From Octopus vulgaris (taxonomy: Eukaryota), in assembly GCA_951406725.2 (NCBI GenBank), contig OX597822.1:63612001-63676000 (forward strand): a stretch of DNA of 64,000 bases. The letters are read 5' to 3'. Below, in pieces: positions 39,176-52,707 of the stretch (positions are counted from its first letter, which is position 1; the number at the start of each line of letters is the position of its first letter). The position numbers and the translations under genes are program-made. The notes beneath the pieces are model-generated. The model did no database searches. It was not told where the DNA came from and saw only the letters and a program-made list of their open reading frames with translations.

Positions 39176-41610
39176 CATCGTTTAATGTCTGCTTTCCATG
39201 CTGGCATGGGTTTGACGGTTTGACTGAGGACTGGCAAGCCAGAAGGCTGCACCAGGCTCCAATCCGATCTGACAATGTTTCTACAGCCTGATGTCCTTCA
39301 TAACGCCAACCACTCCTTGAGTGTAGCAGGTGCTTTTTACGTGCCATTGGCACAGGAGCCAGTCATGCAGCACTGACACTCGAATGGCAGTTTTTATGTG
39401 CCACTGGCATGGAACCAGTCAGTCAGCACTGGCATTGACCTTGCTTGAATGGTACTTTTTACATGCCACCGGTACAGGAGCCAGTCAGGCGGCACGTGGT
39501 ATTTAATTATTTAATTAGATTGTACTTCCATCACCTTATACTCTTTTTTCTTTGTGAAACATTTTGAACATAAGCCCTTCTTGTATAACAGAACATCTTT
39601 TCTGTTCCTCTTCTCTGCAACCCTATGTCACACCCCAACCCTCAGAGACCTACGTCATCTTCCCATCGCTTTGCCCAACCCTATGTGTACTGTGTAGTCA
39701 CATGACAATATGAAATGAAAGGCATTATATATATATATATATATACACACACACAGTGGGCTTCTTTCAGTTTTTGGCTACCAGATTCCCTCACATGGCC
39801 TTGGTCAGCCTGAGGCTATAGTAGGAGACACTAATCCAAGATGTCACGCAGTGGGACTGAACCTGAGACCATGTGGTTGAGAAGCAATCTCCTTACCACA
39901 CAGCCGCACCTTAGTTTAAGAAGCTCCCTTTGTAACTATATGATTTTAGGTTCAGTCCCACTGCATGGCACTTTGGGCAAGTGTCTTCTACTAAAGCCTT
40001 GGGTCGACCAAAGCCTTGTGAGTGGATTTGGTAGACAGAATCCGAAAAAAGCTCATTGAATGTGTGTGTGTGTGTGTGGGGGGGGGGGTGTTTGTTCCCC
40101 ACCACTTGACAACCGATGCTGGTGTGATTATGTTCTTGTTACTTAGTGGGTTAGCAAAAGCGACCAATAGAATAAGTACTAGGCTTACAAAGAATAAGTC
40201 CTGGGGTCGATTTCTTTCACTAAAACCCTTTAGCATGGCCACAGTCAAATGACTGAAACAAGTAAAAGAATAAAAGAATAATTAATTTACAGTTGTAGTT
40301 TGTCAGAATTGTCTTTAATTTCAGTGCAAACGATTTCCATCTGTAAAATTATCTGCTTGGCATATATTATTTATTCTGTATCCCATTTATTATATATCAT
40401 TAAGTATCTTTTTCATATATTTCATCATTTCTGTTCCTTTTCTATGAAAGCAGCCATCAAAGAATTTGGGATGAATTTCTTGGAATCGCTTCAACATTTC
40501 TAGAAAATATAAGGAATATTTTTTTTAAAATGGCGATTCTTACTTTTGTAAGTTCATCCTAATTTGGCAATTTGGTTGCAAAAAGAAAAAAAAAAGAATT
40601 TCACATCAAAAGCAAATATATACCTCAGAAATAAGTGAAATATTTTTTCGTTTTTATTTGCTTCAGTCATTAGAATGTGGTCATGCTGAAGCACTGCTTT
40701 GCAGGGTTTTAGTGGAACAGATTACCCCTGTACTTACGTTTTTTTTTAAAGTTCAGTTCTTACTCTATCAGTGTTTTTATTTTTACTGAACTGCTGAGAT
40801 ACAGGGATGTAAACAAACCAACACTGCTTATCAAGTAGTTGGTGGGAACAAACACAAAGACAAACACACACACACACACACACACGTGTAACACGAACTT
40901 CTTTCAGTTTCTGTTTACCAATCGAGTTGCTACACTGCTCAAGTTGGCACACTGTGGGACTGAACCTAAAACCATGTGGTTGGGAAGCAAACATCTTACT
41001 GCACAGCCATACCTGTACCTTTGATTCATTTTTATTATTCTATTAGCTGAGAATAACAAGAGTTACTCAGGAGCATAAAGTTTTGTGATAAGAAGCATGC
41101 TTCCCTACCATGTGATTCCAGGTTCAGTCCTACTGCGTGGCACCTTGGGCAAGTGTCTTCTACCATAGCCTCAGGCTGACCAAAGCCTTGTGAGTGGATC
41201 TGATAGATAGAAACTGAAAAGAAGCCCATCACACACACACATACACACACACACACACGCGCACACACACACACATACACACATCATCATCATCATTTAA
41301 CATCTGTTGTCCATGCTGGAAGGCTGCACCAGACTCCAATCTGATTTGGCATGGTTTTCTATGGCTGGATGCCTTTCCTAATGCCAACCACTGTGAGAGG
41401 ATAATGGGTGCTTTTACACGCCACCGGTACAGGTGCTGTTTATGTGACCCTGGGGTGCTTTTATGTGCCACTGGAACAGGTGCCAATTTGTGTGACACCG
41501 GTATCTGCTACAACTACGATTTTGCTCGGCTTGCTGGGTCTTCTTCTCATGCAAAAAAAAATTTTAATATTTTGCGGATTGTAAGAAGTATAAAAAATTT
41601 ATTGCACATA

Positions 41611-41787
41611 GGCGCAGGAGTGGCTGTGTGGTAAATAGCATGCTTACCAATCACATGATTCCGGGTTCATTCCCACTGCGTGGCACCTTGGGCAAGTGTC
41701 TTCTACTATAGCCTCGGGTTGACCAAAGCTTTGTGAGTGGATTTGGTAGACGGAAACTGAAAGAAGCCTGTCGTATATATGTATAAG

Positions 41788-41827
<40 letters not shown>

Positions 41828-42020
41828 TTTATGTGTTTGTCCCCCCAACATCGCTTGACAACCGATGCTGGTGTGTTTACGTCCCCGTAACTTAGCAGTT
41901 CGGCAAAAGAGACCAATAGAATAAGTACTAGGCTTACAAAGAATAAGTCCTGGGGTCGATTTGCTCGACTAAAGGTGGTGCTCCAGCATGGCCACAGTCA
42001 AATGACTGAAACAAGTAAAG
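41611..42020 (+). mobile_element. tRNA-derived CORE-type SINE, family A (reference full-length copy)
   Basis: A-box-like tggctgtgtgg, B-box-like ggttca.tcc, CORE-like caccttgggcaagtgtc, internal (TA)/(TG) microsatellite, tail tgactgaaacaagtaaa. More than 20 copies or fragments in the window. Confidence 0.9.
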
Positions 42021-42497
42021 GAAAAAAACGAAACAAATATAATTTTTATAGCGATGCACATTAAGGTGGTGCTCCAGCATGGCTGTAGTCAAATGACTGA
42101 TACAAATAAAAGAATAAAAGATTAAAAGAATAGCAAAATCCCAAGGGTCATATGGACCCAAGTTGAGAACCTCAGATCTATACGAACATTAGCAAAGGAA
42201 ATGAAGTGGGCACTTCATTTTATTGCATCATTCTACAATTGTTTCATTGATACTTTAACACAAGTTTATTGCTGAAATATTATTATGTAATATATGAATT
42301 AATACATTGGATCAGTGTTATTCCAACAATATTGGAAAATATCGACTATTAAGTTCTATATATAAATCAATTTGCTCTCTGTCTGTCTATCTATTTACCT
42401 ATCTAACTACCTACATATCTATCTATCTATCTGTCTATCTATTTACCTATCTAACTACCTACTTATCTATCTATCTATCTGTCTGTCTGACTGTCTC

Positions 42498-42530
<33 letters not shown>

Positions 42531-42565
42531 TTGCCTGTCTGTCTGTCTGTCTATCTGTCTATCTA

Positions 42566-42955
42566 CTTTTTCTTTTTTCTTTCCTTTTTACGATCCCTTT
42601 TGATCGAAAATCTACCCCACTTTTTTTTCTTCCCAAAAAGAAAAGCTCTACTTTGTAATTTGTCCCATCTGTGTGCAACCCTGTGTGGCTAATAAAGATA
42701 CATATCTATCTATCTATCTATCTTTCCTCTTCCCCCTTTTTTCCTCTTTTTTCATTTTTCTTTTCTTTTGTTCCTTTTCCCTTTTTTCTTTTTTTTCTTT
42801 TCCTTTTTTTCTTTTTTTGTGTTCTTTTTTCCCTTTTACGATCCCTTTTGATCGGAAACCTACACCACCTTTTTTTTTTTTTCTCCCCCAAAAGAAAAGC
42901 TCTACCTTGTAACTTGTCCCATCTGTGTGCAGCCCTGTGTGGCCAATAAAGAAAC
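42566..42955 (+). mobile_element. Two tandem 3'-UTR fragments of the same Tx1-like LINE, each followed by (ATCT)n
   Basis: cgatcccttttgatcg...aaaagaaaagctctac.ttgtaa.ttgtcccatctgtgtgca.ccctgtgtggc.aataaaga ends at ~42700 and ~42955. Confidence 0.75.
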
Positions 42956-43083
42956 TTATCTATCTATCTGTCTGTCCATCCATCCACCTACCTACCTACT
43001 TACCTACCTACCTACCTACCTATCTGTCTATTTATCTATCTATCTATCCACTCACATGTACAAACATGTTCAAACACACACAC

Positions 43084-43128
<45 letters not shown>

Positions 43129-44166
43129 CACACACACACATTATGTCTTAAATGTTTATGCTTAATACCCATCCACTAGTGCAGTGGCTCAGATTTAACA
43201 TATGGCTATGTGTTAACACTGAACTATGACTAAGCAAAAAGCATTATGACTGACAATAGAGCCATTATAAGACTTTTTATTTCCCAGGATAATTTATTAT
43301 TCTTATTTCCCTGGTCCATTTGAGTCATCCTGATGACTACCAATGGCCTTCTGAGAAAACAGAGGAGTACCAGAGTCAGAGGCTTGTTGTAATTATTAAT
43401 GGTGATAACTGTGTGTTGACATAGGTGCACTGGCCTCTCATTCAAGCAGAAGTCGTGTACTTTGACCTCAGCACTTTAGTAGAAAAAAAAAAAAAAAACC
43501 TGCGTTTGTGTGTGTGTCTGTGTGGAGGGAAGGAATAAATAGATATGTTTAAAAAATAAAAAAAAAAAAGGTAGCATGAAAAATTGCACATTGAGAAATA
43601 GGGGAAGGACAAGAGATGATGGTGACGATGGTGAAGGAGGAGGAGGAGGAGGAACTGGACTTAATATCTCCTACCTCCACCACTGCAGTGTATTATTATC
43701 TTTTTTTGTTATATCTGATATCTCAATTTTAGCATCTCTGTTGACTGGAAATGAATCTCTTTGTCTGCCTCCCCCTCCTCCTCTTCCACTTCCTCCTCCT
43801 CCTCTTCCCCTTCCTCCTCTTCCTCCCACCTCCTCCTCTTGCTCCTCCCATCCCTCGCCTCCTCTTGTTCCCCCCTCCTCGTCATTGTTGTTGTGTATGT
43901 GTCTTCATGTTTGTGTTTGCCTTCTTGACTCACTGCTTGACAACCAATGCTGGTTTGTTTGTGTCCCGCTAGCATGCCAATTTCACAAGAGACCTATAGA
44001 GTAAGTACCAGAATTTGCAAGTGGTAAGTAGCTTGCTTATCAACCACATGGTTCTGGGTTCAGTCCCACTGCATGGCACCTTGGGCAAGTGTCTTCTACT
44101 ATAGCCTTGGGCCAACAAAAGCCTTGTGAGTGGATTTAGTAGATGGAAACTGAAAGAAGCCCGTCG

Positions 44167-44207
<41 letters not shown>

Positions 44208-44841
44208 CTGTGGTTGTCCCCCCCAACATCGCTTGACAACTGATGCTGGTATGGTTACGTTCCAGTAACTTAGCGGTTTAGCAAAAGAGACTGATAGAAT
44301 AAGTACTAGGCTTACAAAGAATAAGTCCTAAAGGTGGTGCTCCAGCATGGCTGCTGTCAAATGACTGAAACAAGTAAAAGAGTAAAGGAGAGTAAAGAGT
44401 AAGTACTGGAGTTGATTTGTTTGCCTCCAACCGTCGAAGGCAGTGCCCCAGCATGGCCACAGTCTAATGATTGAAATAAAGAAAAAATAACAGTTAAAAA
44501 GTCCTTCCTTTTCTCAGGATGGTGGGGTGTAATTTGAGGGAAATTTGACTGCTATTTCTCGTAAGATGAGTGATCATATAGATTGCTTTGTTGAATGTTT
44601 GTGTTTTGGTTCCCTCATTGGATTGTGATACAAGGTGTGCTGAACTTTGGTCTGTCAAAGGATTTCAATAAAACAGGATGTACTGGTAAAGGTAGATCAG
44701 GAAATAACAAACTTGAAACCAGGCAACAAAGGCTAAATACTTGAAGACTTTTCCATAGGAACAGGAACACTTCTTAATAACACGATAAACCAACATTGTA
44801 TGTAAATGTAATAAACAAGTTTTCCTCTTATGCAAGTTTAA

Positions 44842-45594
44842 TCTTTTAGCCTTTAGACCAGTTATATCCGGCTTCTTCATCACCATCATCATCATTTAAT
44901 GTCCGTTGTCCATGCTGGTATGGATTGGATGGCTTGACCAGAGCTGGCAAGCTGCACCACACTCGTCTGTTGTGGCATGGTTTCTATGGCTGGATGCCCT
45001 TCCTACAGGATTTTTTTTTCTCGCCCTTTTCAAGCCTAGCCAGGCTCATGGGCCCGGTTTCCTGGTTTATGTAGCGTATGTGATCCCCCTAGCTGGACGG
45101 AACACCAGTCCATTGCAGTGTTGCTCAAGAAACAGGAAGAGAGAGTGAGAGAAAGTTGTGGCGAAAGAGTACAACAGAGGTCACCACCACCCCCTGCCAG
45201 AGCCTCATGGAGCTTTTAGGTGTTTCCGCTCAATAAACACACACAACGCCCGGTCTGGAAATCGAAACCGGGATCCTCCGACTGCGAGTCCACAGCCCTA
45301 ACCACTGGGCCATTGCGCCTCCAGTCTACAGAACATGCTGGGTGCATTTACGTGGCACTGCACAGGTGTTTCTACATGGCACTGCACAGACGTTTTTATC
45401 TGACTTGAATATTCTAACTGCTTTATGTTCAGACTAGCCAGATCTGGCCTCTCACACCTACTCTACAATGCCATTCTAAAGATAGACAATCATATCATTG
45501 AAATCTCGGAGCTTTGAGATAATGCATGGTTAATTCAAAACAATGTGAAATAAATAGGTATTACATTTGACAAAGTAATCTGAATGCTAAAGTG
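44842..45594. mobile_element. piggyBac-type MITE (second family) with two nested SINEs
   Basis: ttaa|tcttttagc ... aatgctaaagtg|ttaa; shares gatctggcctctcacaccta and tacatttgaca..taatctgaat with the 11.1-kb copy. Confidence 0.65.
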
Positions 45595-46919
45595 TTAATG
45601 CTAAATCTTCCATTAAAAAAACAACAAAAAGCAAATAATTGTTCAGTCTACTGTAACATTACAATTATGCACTTTGGATAAAAATTTTAGGTTTTTCTAG
45701 GAATTTTTTTTTAATTAAAAAATTCTTTTTTTTTTTTTATCACAAATCATTAAAATTCCTAAATTTATTGAATTTTTTTGTTAGATTATGAAACTGCTTT
45801 ATTTGAATCTAAAAAAAAAAATTAGTTCAGTTAGTGCCTTCCTTTTAATTGTTATCTTCTACTTGTTTCATTCATTTGTCTGCAGCCATGGTAAGGGCCC
45901 TGCCTTGAAGGGTTTTAGTGGAACAAATTGATCTTGGTGTTTCATTTTCCAAGTCTGATACTTATACTGTCAGTTACTTTTGGGAAAGCACTAAGACATA
46001 GGAATGTAGACAAGGCCAATACTAACAGTCATATGATGGGTGAGTGATTGGTTGTGTTCTCAGAATTTGAAGCAATACATTTTATTAAACCTACAGGGGT
46101 AGAGTGTTCTTATTCCATTGTCCAAACCAAGAAAATATTATTGAATATAACACACACATAAAGAAGGCTGGAGCATACAATGGCCAAAATATGGTTGCTA
46201 TAACAACCAAGATGAGGAAACTAGTCTGAGTATAATAGCATAAAATACACACAGACTTCTTGGATTGCATCTAGAGAAGGGCCACTTAGGTTCTTTGTAT
46301 AAAATCATTCACAGACATACTCCAGCTTCTGTGATGAGTATGCTGTCTCTTGTCTCTTTTTTACCATTACCAAATAGGTTTCTGATTCTAAGAGCTAGCT
46401 GGTCTTAAATCCTTTCTGATTAGGCCTTCTTGACTATCTTATCTCTCATTTGCTCTTCTAGTGTATAATTTCCCAGGCCGGGCACTAACTACAACCTCCA
46501 GTTTCCCCCACTAAACATTGGGTCTCTGAAATTTCTTCTATGCTTTCGATTTTTCTGCAGCTGTGGACTTGCAATAGAAATGATAATGAAAATTCCTCGT
46601 CTCAAAAAAATTCAGACAAACTTTTAAAATTAGCTTAATTTGACTTTAGGAATAACATCTCTGACTTGTGAATTACATGGCAACCTCACTAGTGCTGGTG
46701 TCACAAAAGAAAAAGCAAGAAAAAAAATGCTGCTGTTACCCTCTGTAAACTGATTGTCATTAGGAAGGGCTTCCATCTGTAGAAACCATGCTTGATGCAG
46801 TCTGCCAACTCCTCATCATCATCACCATCATTTAACTTCTGTTTATCATACAAGCATGGGTTGGACAGTTTGACAGAAGCTAGCTAAGCTTTGTTATCGG
46901 TTTGACAGAAGCTAGCCAA

Positions 46920-47208
46920 AGGCGGTGAGCTGGCAGAAACATTAGCACGCCAGGCAAAATGTTTTGTGGTATTTTGTCCACCGTTGCGTTCTGAGTTCAT
47001 ATTCTGTTGAGGTTGACTTTGCCTTTCATCCTTTCGGGGTCAATAAATTAAGTACCAGTTACGCACTGGGGTTGATGTAATCGACTTAATCCATTTGTCT
47101 GTCCGTGTTTGTTCCCTCTACGTTTAGCCCCTTGCGGGCAATAAAGAAATAAGAAACGTTAGCACGCCGGGCAAAATGCTTTGTGGTATTTCGTCCGCCG
47201 CTGCATTC
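46920..47208 (+). mobile_element. SINE family B followed by a second partial head
   Basis: Tail aaagaaataag runs into aaacgttagcacgccgg at ~47155. Confidence 0.85.
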
Positions 47209-47959
47209 TCCTTTGCCGAACTGCTAAGTTACGGGGATGTAAACACACCAGCATTGATTGTCAAGCAATGTTGGGGACAAACACAGACACACACACACAT
47301 ATATATATATATACACATATATACGATGGGCTTCTTTCAGTTTCCGTCTACCAAATCCACTCACAAGGCTTTGGTCGGCCCGAGGCTATAGTAGAAGACA
47401 CTTGCCCAAGGTTCCATGCAGTGGGATTGAACCTGGAACCATGTGGTTGGTAAGCAAGCTACTTACCACACAGCCACCCCTACACTTATTTTGCTGATAG
47501 TTTTGTAAAGAATATGCAATAGTATTTTACATTCTTTATTCTTTTACGTGTTTCAGTCATCTGACTGGGGCCATGCTGGAGCACCACCTTAAAGTGTTTT
47601 TTAGTCAAGCAGATTGACGCCTGGACTTCTTTTCTTCCTAAGCCTAGTACTTATGCTATCGGTCTCTTTTGCTGAACCGCTAATGTTACAGGGATGTAAA
47701 CACACCAACACCAGTTGTCAAGTGGTGATGAGAGGACAAACACAGACACACACACACACATATATACATATGACGATCTTCTTTCAGTTTCTGTCCACCA
47801 AATCCACCCACAAGGCTTTGGTCGGCCTGAGGCTGTAGTAGAAGACAATTGCCCAAGGTTCCATGCAATGGGACTGAACCTGGAACAGTGCCTGCACTTA
47901 CATGCATAGTTTTAATTTTTTTAGTTTTTTTCCCCGTTTTTGGCTCTCTTCATTTGAGT

Positions 47960-48396
47960 TAATTAAAGAAAATATTCAATAGATTTTATTTCAATTAGCT
48001 TAACCCACCACCGTCACCACCACCACCACCGACAAAGTAATTTTTGTTTTATAGGCTTCGTTTAAGGTGAAGAGAACATTGAAATAACATCTAGAACAAG
48101 AGAAGTCAGTGAATAAATTGAAGGAAACAGAAGATTTTGAGAGCAAAATAATAATAATAATAATAATAAAAGAAAAAAACAAAAACAAACTATAAACCTA
48201 AATGAAGGCTGAAAGGGAGCAAGATGTGTGTATAGTATGTGTGCATGCGTGTGTGTGTGCGTGTGTGTGTGTGCGTGCGTGCATGTTAAAGGGAGTGAGC
48301 CTGAGAGGAAAGAGGAGGAGGAAGAGGAGTGAGGGTGAAGCATGAAGAACCAAGGAGGATTGACAGAAGAAAGAATGAAGGAATGTGTGCGTGTGT

Positions 48397-48442
<46 letters not shown>

Positions 48443-48884
48443 GGGTGAGGGCTGAAGGGGAACAAAGAACCCAAGAGGGATGTTGAATCAAAAGAACAAA
48501 GAATAATGGAATGTGGAGAGACAAGAAAGTGCGATGGTGGTGGTGGTTGTGGTGGTGGTGGTAGTGGTGGTGGTGAAGCACGAAATCGTCTGTCTGTCCC
48601 TCTGTCTGCCTGTGTCTCTGTCTGTCTGTCCGTCTGTCCGTCTCTCCTGCATCAGTTGACAGTTGTCATCAATCCCACACAGTATGAATGAATCAATACG
48701 GTTTACAAATGGAAGCCTTGTTTCCTTTTTGGGGTTTTCTGTTAGTGTTGTTAGTCTAGTTTCATCACTTCGCGTACACGATGTTGATGTTGATGTTGAC
48801 GTTGCTGCTGCTGTCGTTATTATTGTTGTTGTTGTTGTTGTTGTCGTCGTCGTCGTCGTTGTTGTTGTTGTTGTTATTTTACGA
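47960..48884 (-). other. Putative 3' UTR of the minus-strand gene
   Basis: SINE-free, simple-repeat-rich, CpG-retaining stretch after the stop codon. Minus-strand AATAAA at 47990-47985. Confidence 0.3.
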
Positions 48885-48910
48885 CTAAGAGACCAGAAAA
48901 TAAGGGTAAT
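48885..48910 (-). CDS. Candidate terminal coding exon segment: (D)YPYFLVS*
   Basis: Minus strand reads ttctttaacttccgctttctattag|ATTACCCTTATTTTCTGGTCTCTTAG. Branch-like ttaac plus pyrimidine tract; TAG at 48887-48885 when entered in phase 1. Confidence 0.45.
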
Positions 48911-49044
48911 CTAATAGAAAGCGGAAGTTAAAGAATGGGAAGTATTATAATAATAAAAAAAAAGGGCTCTTCCATGTTACCCTTCTTTTTTTTATTCTCA
49001 TTCTTTCTTCCTTTCTGTTTTTCTCTCTCTGCCACTATATTGCT

Positions 49045-49552
49045 CTATTTCTCTTTCTTTCCCTCTCCCTTTCTCTCTCTCTTTTCTCTCCCTTTCTCTC
49101 TCTTTCTTTTCCTCTCCCTTTCTCTCTCTTTCTCTCTTTCTTTTCCTCTCCCTTTCTCTCTTTCTTTTCCTCTGCCTTTCTCTCTCTTTCTTTTCCTCTC
49201 CCTTTCTCTCTCTTTCTTTTCCTCTCCCTTTCTCTCTCTTTCTTTTCCTCTCCCTTTCTCTCTCTTTCTTTTCCTCTCCCTTTCTCTCTCTTTCTTTTCC
49301 TCTGCCTTTCTCTCTCTTTCTTTTCCTCCCTTTCTCTCTCTTTCTTTTCCTCTCCCTTTCTCTCTCTTTCTTTTCCTCTCCTTTTCTCTCTCTTTCTTTC
49401 CCTCTCCCTTTCTCTCTCTTTCTTTCCCTCTCCCTTTCTCTCTCTTTCTTTTCCTCTCCCGTTCTCTCTCTTTTCCTCTCCCTTTCTCTCTCTTTCTTTT
49501 CCTCTCCTTTTCTCTCTCTTTCTTTCCCTCTCCCTTTCTCTCTCTCCTTTTC
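49045..49552. repeat. Polypyrimidine minisatellite, ~26-bp unit ctctccctttctctctctttcttttc
   Basis: About 500 bp almost free of purines on the + strand; period 26 (e.g. 49195 to 49221). Confidence 0.9.
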
Positions 49553-49912
49553 TAACTTTCATTTTTGTTTCTTTTCCCATCGTTTTGTATAGATACAGCT
49601 TTTCTTTTTTTTTTCTTGGTTTTTAAAATTTCCAACTGATAAAAATTAAATGTTTTCACAAAAACGAACATTTGGCTGAGAGTAAATTAAAAAAAAATAA
49701 AGGATATTTAAATATGAATTAAAATTCAGTGCGTATAATTTAAGTGAAGAAATTTTGAGTCGTTAGTCAATACCATTTACCATCAAAGAATGCATAGCAA
49801 AGTCGGCTTTGGCAGAATTTGAACTCCGAATGTAAAGCTGCAAGAAATACCACTGAGCATTTCGTCCAATGCACTGATTCTACCAGCTTGCCATCTTAAT
49901 AATAATAATTAT

Positions 49913-50232
49913 AAAATACAAAGATCTGGAAATAGAGATAACACGAATGTGGAGCCTAAAAAACTGAAACAATTCCTATTATAGTAGGTACATTAGGTAT
50001 GATCAAAAAACGTTCAGATAAATACATAACTAAAACACCAGGACATTACAAGTATATATTACAGAAAATAACACTACTAGGTACCGAACACATCCTACGT
50101 AAAACACTTTCAATACAGTGAAAGTAAGAGCACCACAACAAACCACATCACATGCCTGAGGCACACAGAGCTGCGCTCGGTAGTGCAGTGAAAGCACATG
50201 ATAAAAATATGACAACTGTATAATAATAATAA
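49913..50232 (+). mobile_element. R4/Dong-clade LINE 3' end (RLE C-terminus plus UTR) in (TAA)n
   Basis: KYKDLEIEITRMWSLK/TETIPIIVGTLGMIKK...QKITLLGTEHILRKTLSIQ*; flanked on both sides by (taa)n, the known Dong target. Confidence 0.85.
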
Positions 50233-51042
50233 AAAAATAAATGTTCCTTCTTGAGCCATGCCAGGCTCATAAGGGCCGGTGTCCCGGTTTCAGTGGAGTA
50301 GAAATTCTCCATCTGGACAGGATGCCGGTCCATCACAGGATTACTCATTTTTGTCAGCTGAGTGAACTGGAGTAATGTGAAATGAAGTGTCTTGCTTAAG
50401 AACATAACGCGTAGCCTGGTCCAAGAATCGAAACCACAACCTTTCCTTTCTGTTATAAGCACAAGGCCTAAAATTTTGGAGGAGGGGGCCAGTCGATTTG
50501 ATCGGCTCCAGTGTTCAACTGGTACTTAATTTATCAACCCCAAAAGGATGCAAGGCAAAGTCAACCTCGACGGAATTTGAACTTAGAATGGAATGACAGA
50601 CGAAATATCGCTTAAGCATTTCGCCTAGCGTGCTAATGATTCTGCCAGCTCACCATGTTAATAATAATGATAATAATAATAATAATGATGATGATGATAA
50701 TAATGAAATTATAATAATGATGATGATGATAATAATGAAATTATAAGAATGATGATGATGATAATGAAATTATAAGAATGATGATGATGATGATGATAAT
50801 AATGAAATTATAAGAATAATAATGATGATGAATTCAAATTTTGGCACAAGGCCAGCAATTTCAAGGTTGAGGGTAAATTGATTCCGTTGACCCCTGTCCT
50901 CAACTGGTATTTATTTTATCAACCCTGAAAGGATGAATGGCAGAGTCAGCCTCAGTGGAATTAGAACTCAGAACATACAGACAGACAAAATGCCGCTCAG
51001 CATTTCACCCCACATGCTAACAAATAATAATAATAATAAATT

Positions 51043-51381
51043 GAGACCCCCTTCGGTCATGACTGACCGTGGGATTGCACCTAGAAAGTTACCCTCCCAG
51101 GCACAAATCCGGGCAAGGTTGTTTTATGGAAGGCCAGCAGTCGCCCATGCATACCAGCCTCCCTTCTCCACACCACTGATGTTATCCAAGGGAAAGGCAA
51201 AGGGGCCGATACAGCTTGGCACCAGTGACGTCGCAACTCATTTCTACAGCTGAGTTAACAGGAGCAACGTGAAATAAAGTGTCTTGCTCAAGAACACGAC
51301 ACGCAGCCCAGCCTGGGAATCGAACTCACAACCTCACGATCGTAAGCTCGATGCTCTAACCACTAAGCCATGCACCTTCAC
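51043..51381 (-). mobile_element. Family C-related SINE with a structured 3' module (second copy at 17042-17383)
   Basis: tRNA-like head at the 51381 end; shared tail gacccccttcggtcatga..gggattgcacctagaaagttac in both copies. Confidence 0.8.
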
Positions 51382-51383
51382 CG

Positions 51384-51422
<39 letters not shown>

Positions 51423-51846
51423 GAAACAGTTTAAATAATCAGTATTTGTTTTGTTTTTTTTCTCTTTTCACAAAAATCTTTCTCAGTTTTAAAAGCCCCT
51501 TCCTCCTCTTTTTCTTCTTTTACCAATTTCTAATTGCAAAATGTTTCCCCCTTTGCTCAGTTTGGGTTTGAAATTTCAAACTTAAATAAATAAATAAATA
51601 AATAAAGAAAGAAAGAAAGAAAGAAAAATAAAAAAAAAAGGTGAAAGTAAAAGTGTCCCTTTTTTCTCTCTTCAGCAATTGCCTTGATTTGAAGCATTTC
51701 TCAGAAAGACTAAGAGGAATCATATGGCTATAACTATGACTGACTGGCAATTTTTAGCTAGACAGTTAAGAAGTCTTGTGTCTGAGAATAAGATGTTACG
51801 CTGCTGTTGATGAGCAGATTAAAACATATCAGGTCGGCAGCAGCAG

Positions 51847-51878
<32 letters not shown>

Positions 51879-51960
51879 CAGATCTGAAGAATGTACAGTA
51901 GTTGTACATAAAAGGATGTCTCAAAAATTTGCAGCAGTTACTGCATATTGCATGTAAGCA

Positions 51961-52110
51961 CTGCGTAAAACACTTTCAATACAGTGAAATTAAGCGCACC
52001 ACAACAAACCGCAGATCGTGCCCAAGGTGCACAGAGCTGCCCTTGGTAGTGCAGTGAAAGCACTTGATAAAAATAAGACTACTGTATAATAATAATAATA
52101 ATAATAATAA
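51961..52110 (+). mobile_element. Second R4/Dong 3' end fragment
   Basis: LRKTLSIQ* plus the same UTR as 50095-50232, ending in (taa)n. Confidence 0.8.
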
Positions 52111-52707
52111 AATAAATGTTCCTTCTTGAGCCATGCCAGGCTCATAAGGACCGGTTTCCCGGTTTCAGTGGCGTAGAAATTCCCCACCTGGATGGGACGC
52201 TGGTCCGTCGCAGGATCACTCATTTTTGCCAGTTAAGTGGACTGAAGTAACGTGAAATGAAGTGTCTTGCTTAAGAACATAATGCGTAGCCCGATCCAAT
52301 CCAGGAATCGAAACCACAACCTTACGATCATGAGTTCAACACCCTAACCACTAAGCGACGCACCCCCATATGAACTACATTGTTGTAACAGATTTGTGGA
52401 ATGGATTGAGAGGTACAATGGGCATGAAATTAAGGTACTAGGCAAGAGAAACAATGGTCATAAGTTCAAACCTCACTTCAGCCAGGTTATGCCCCTCAGC
52501 AAAGGTACACAACTCTGCTTGCTCCAGTTTACCTGACTGACGCAACACTGGTTCTAAAAGGGAACATAGTTAAACATTTTAACTGGCATGGCTTGTTACT
52601 GGAACTTATTAGTGACACCATGAAATTCCAGTCCCACTGCATACTGTTTAATTACAAGGAAATGTAATTTTTTTTTGCATTTTTACAATATTTTATAATT
52701 AAACCTT

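Noticed and set aside
45255-45322. tRNA-like sequence on the minus strand
   Set aside because: It continues into a SINE body and lacks a proper acceptor stem; it is a SINE head, not a tRNA gene.
48935-49580. 206-aa F/L/S and 181-aa E/R/K ORFs
   Set aside because: Translations of the CT minisatellite.
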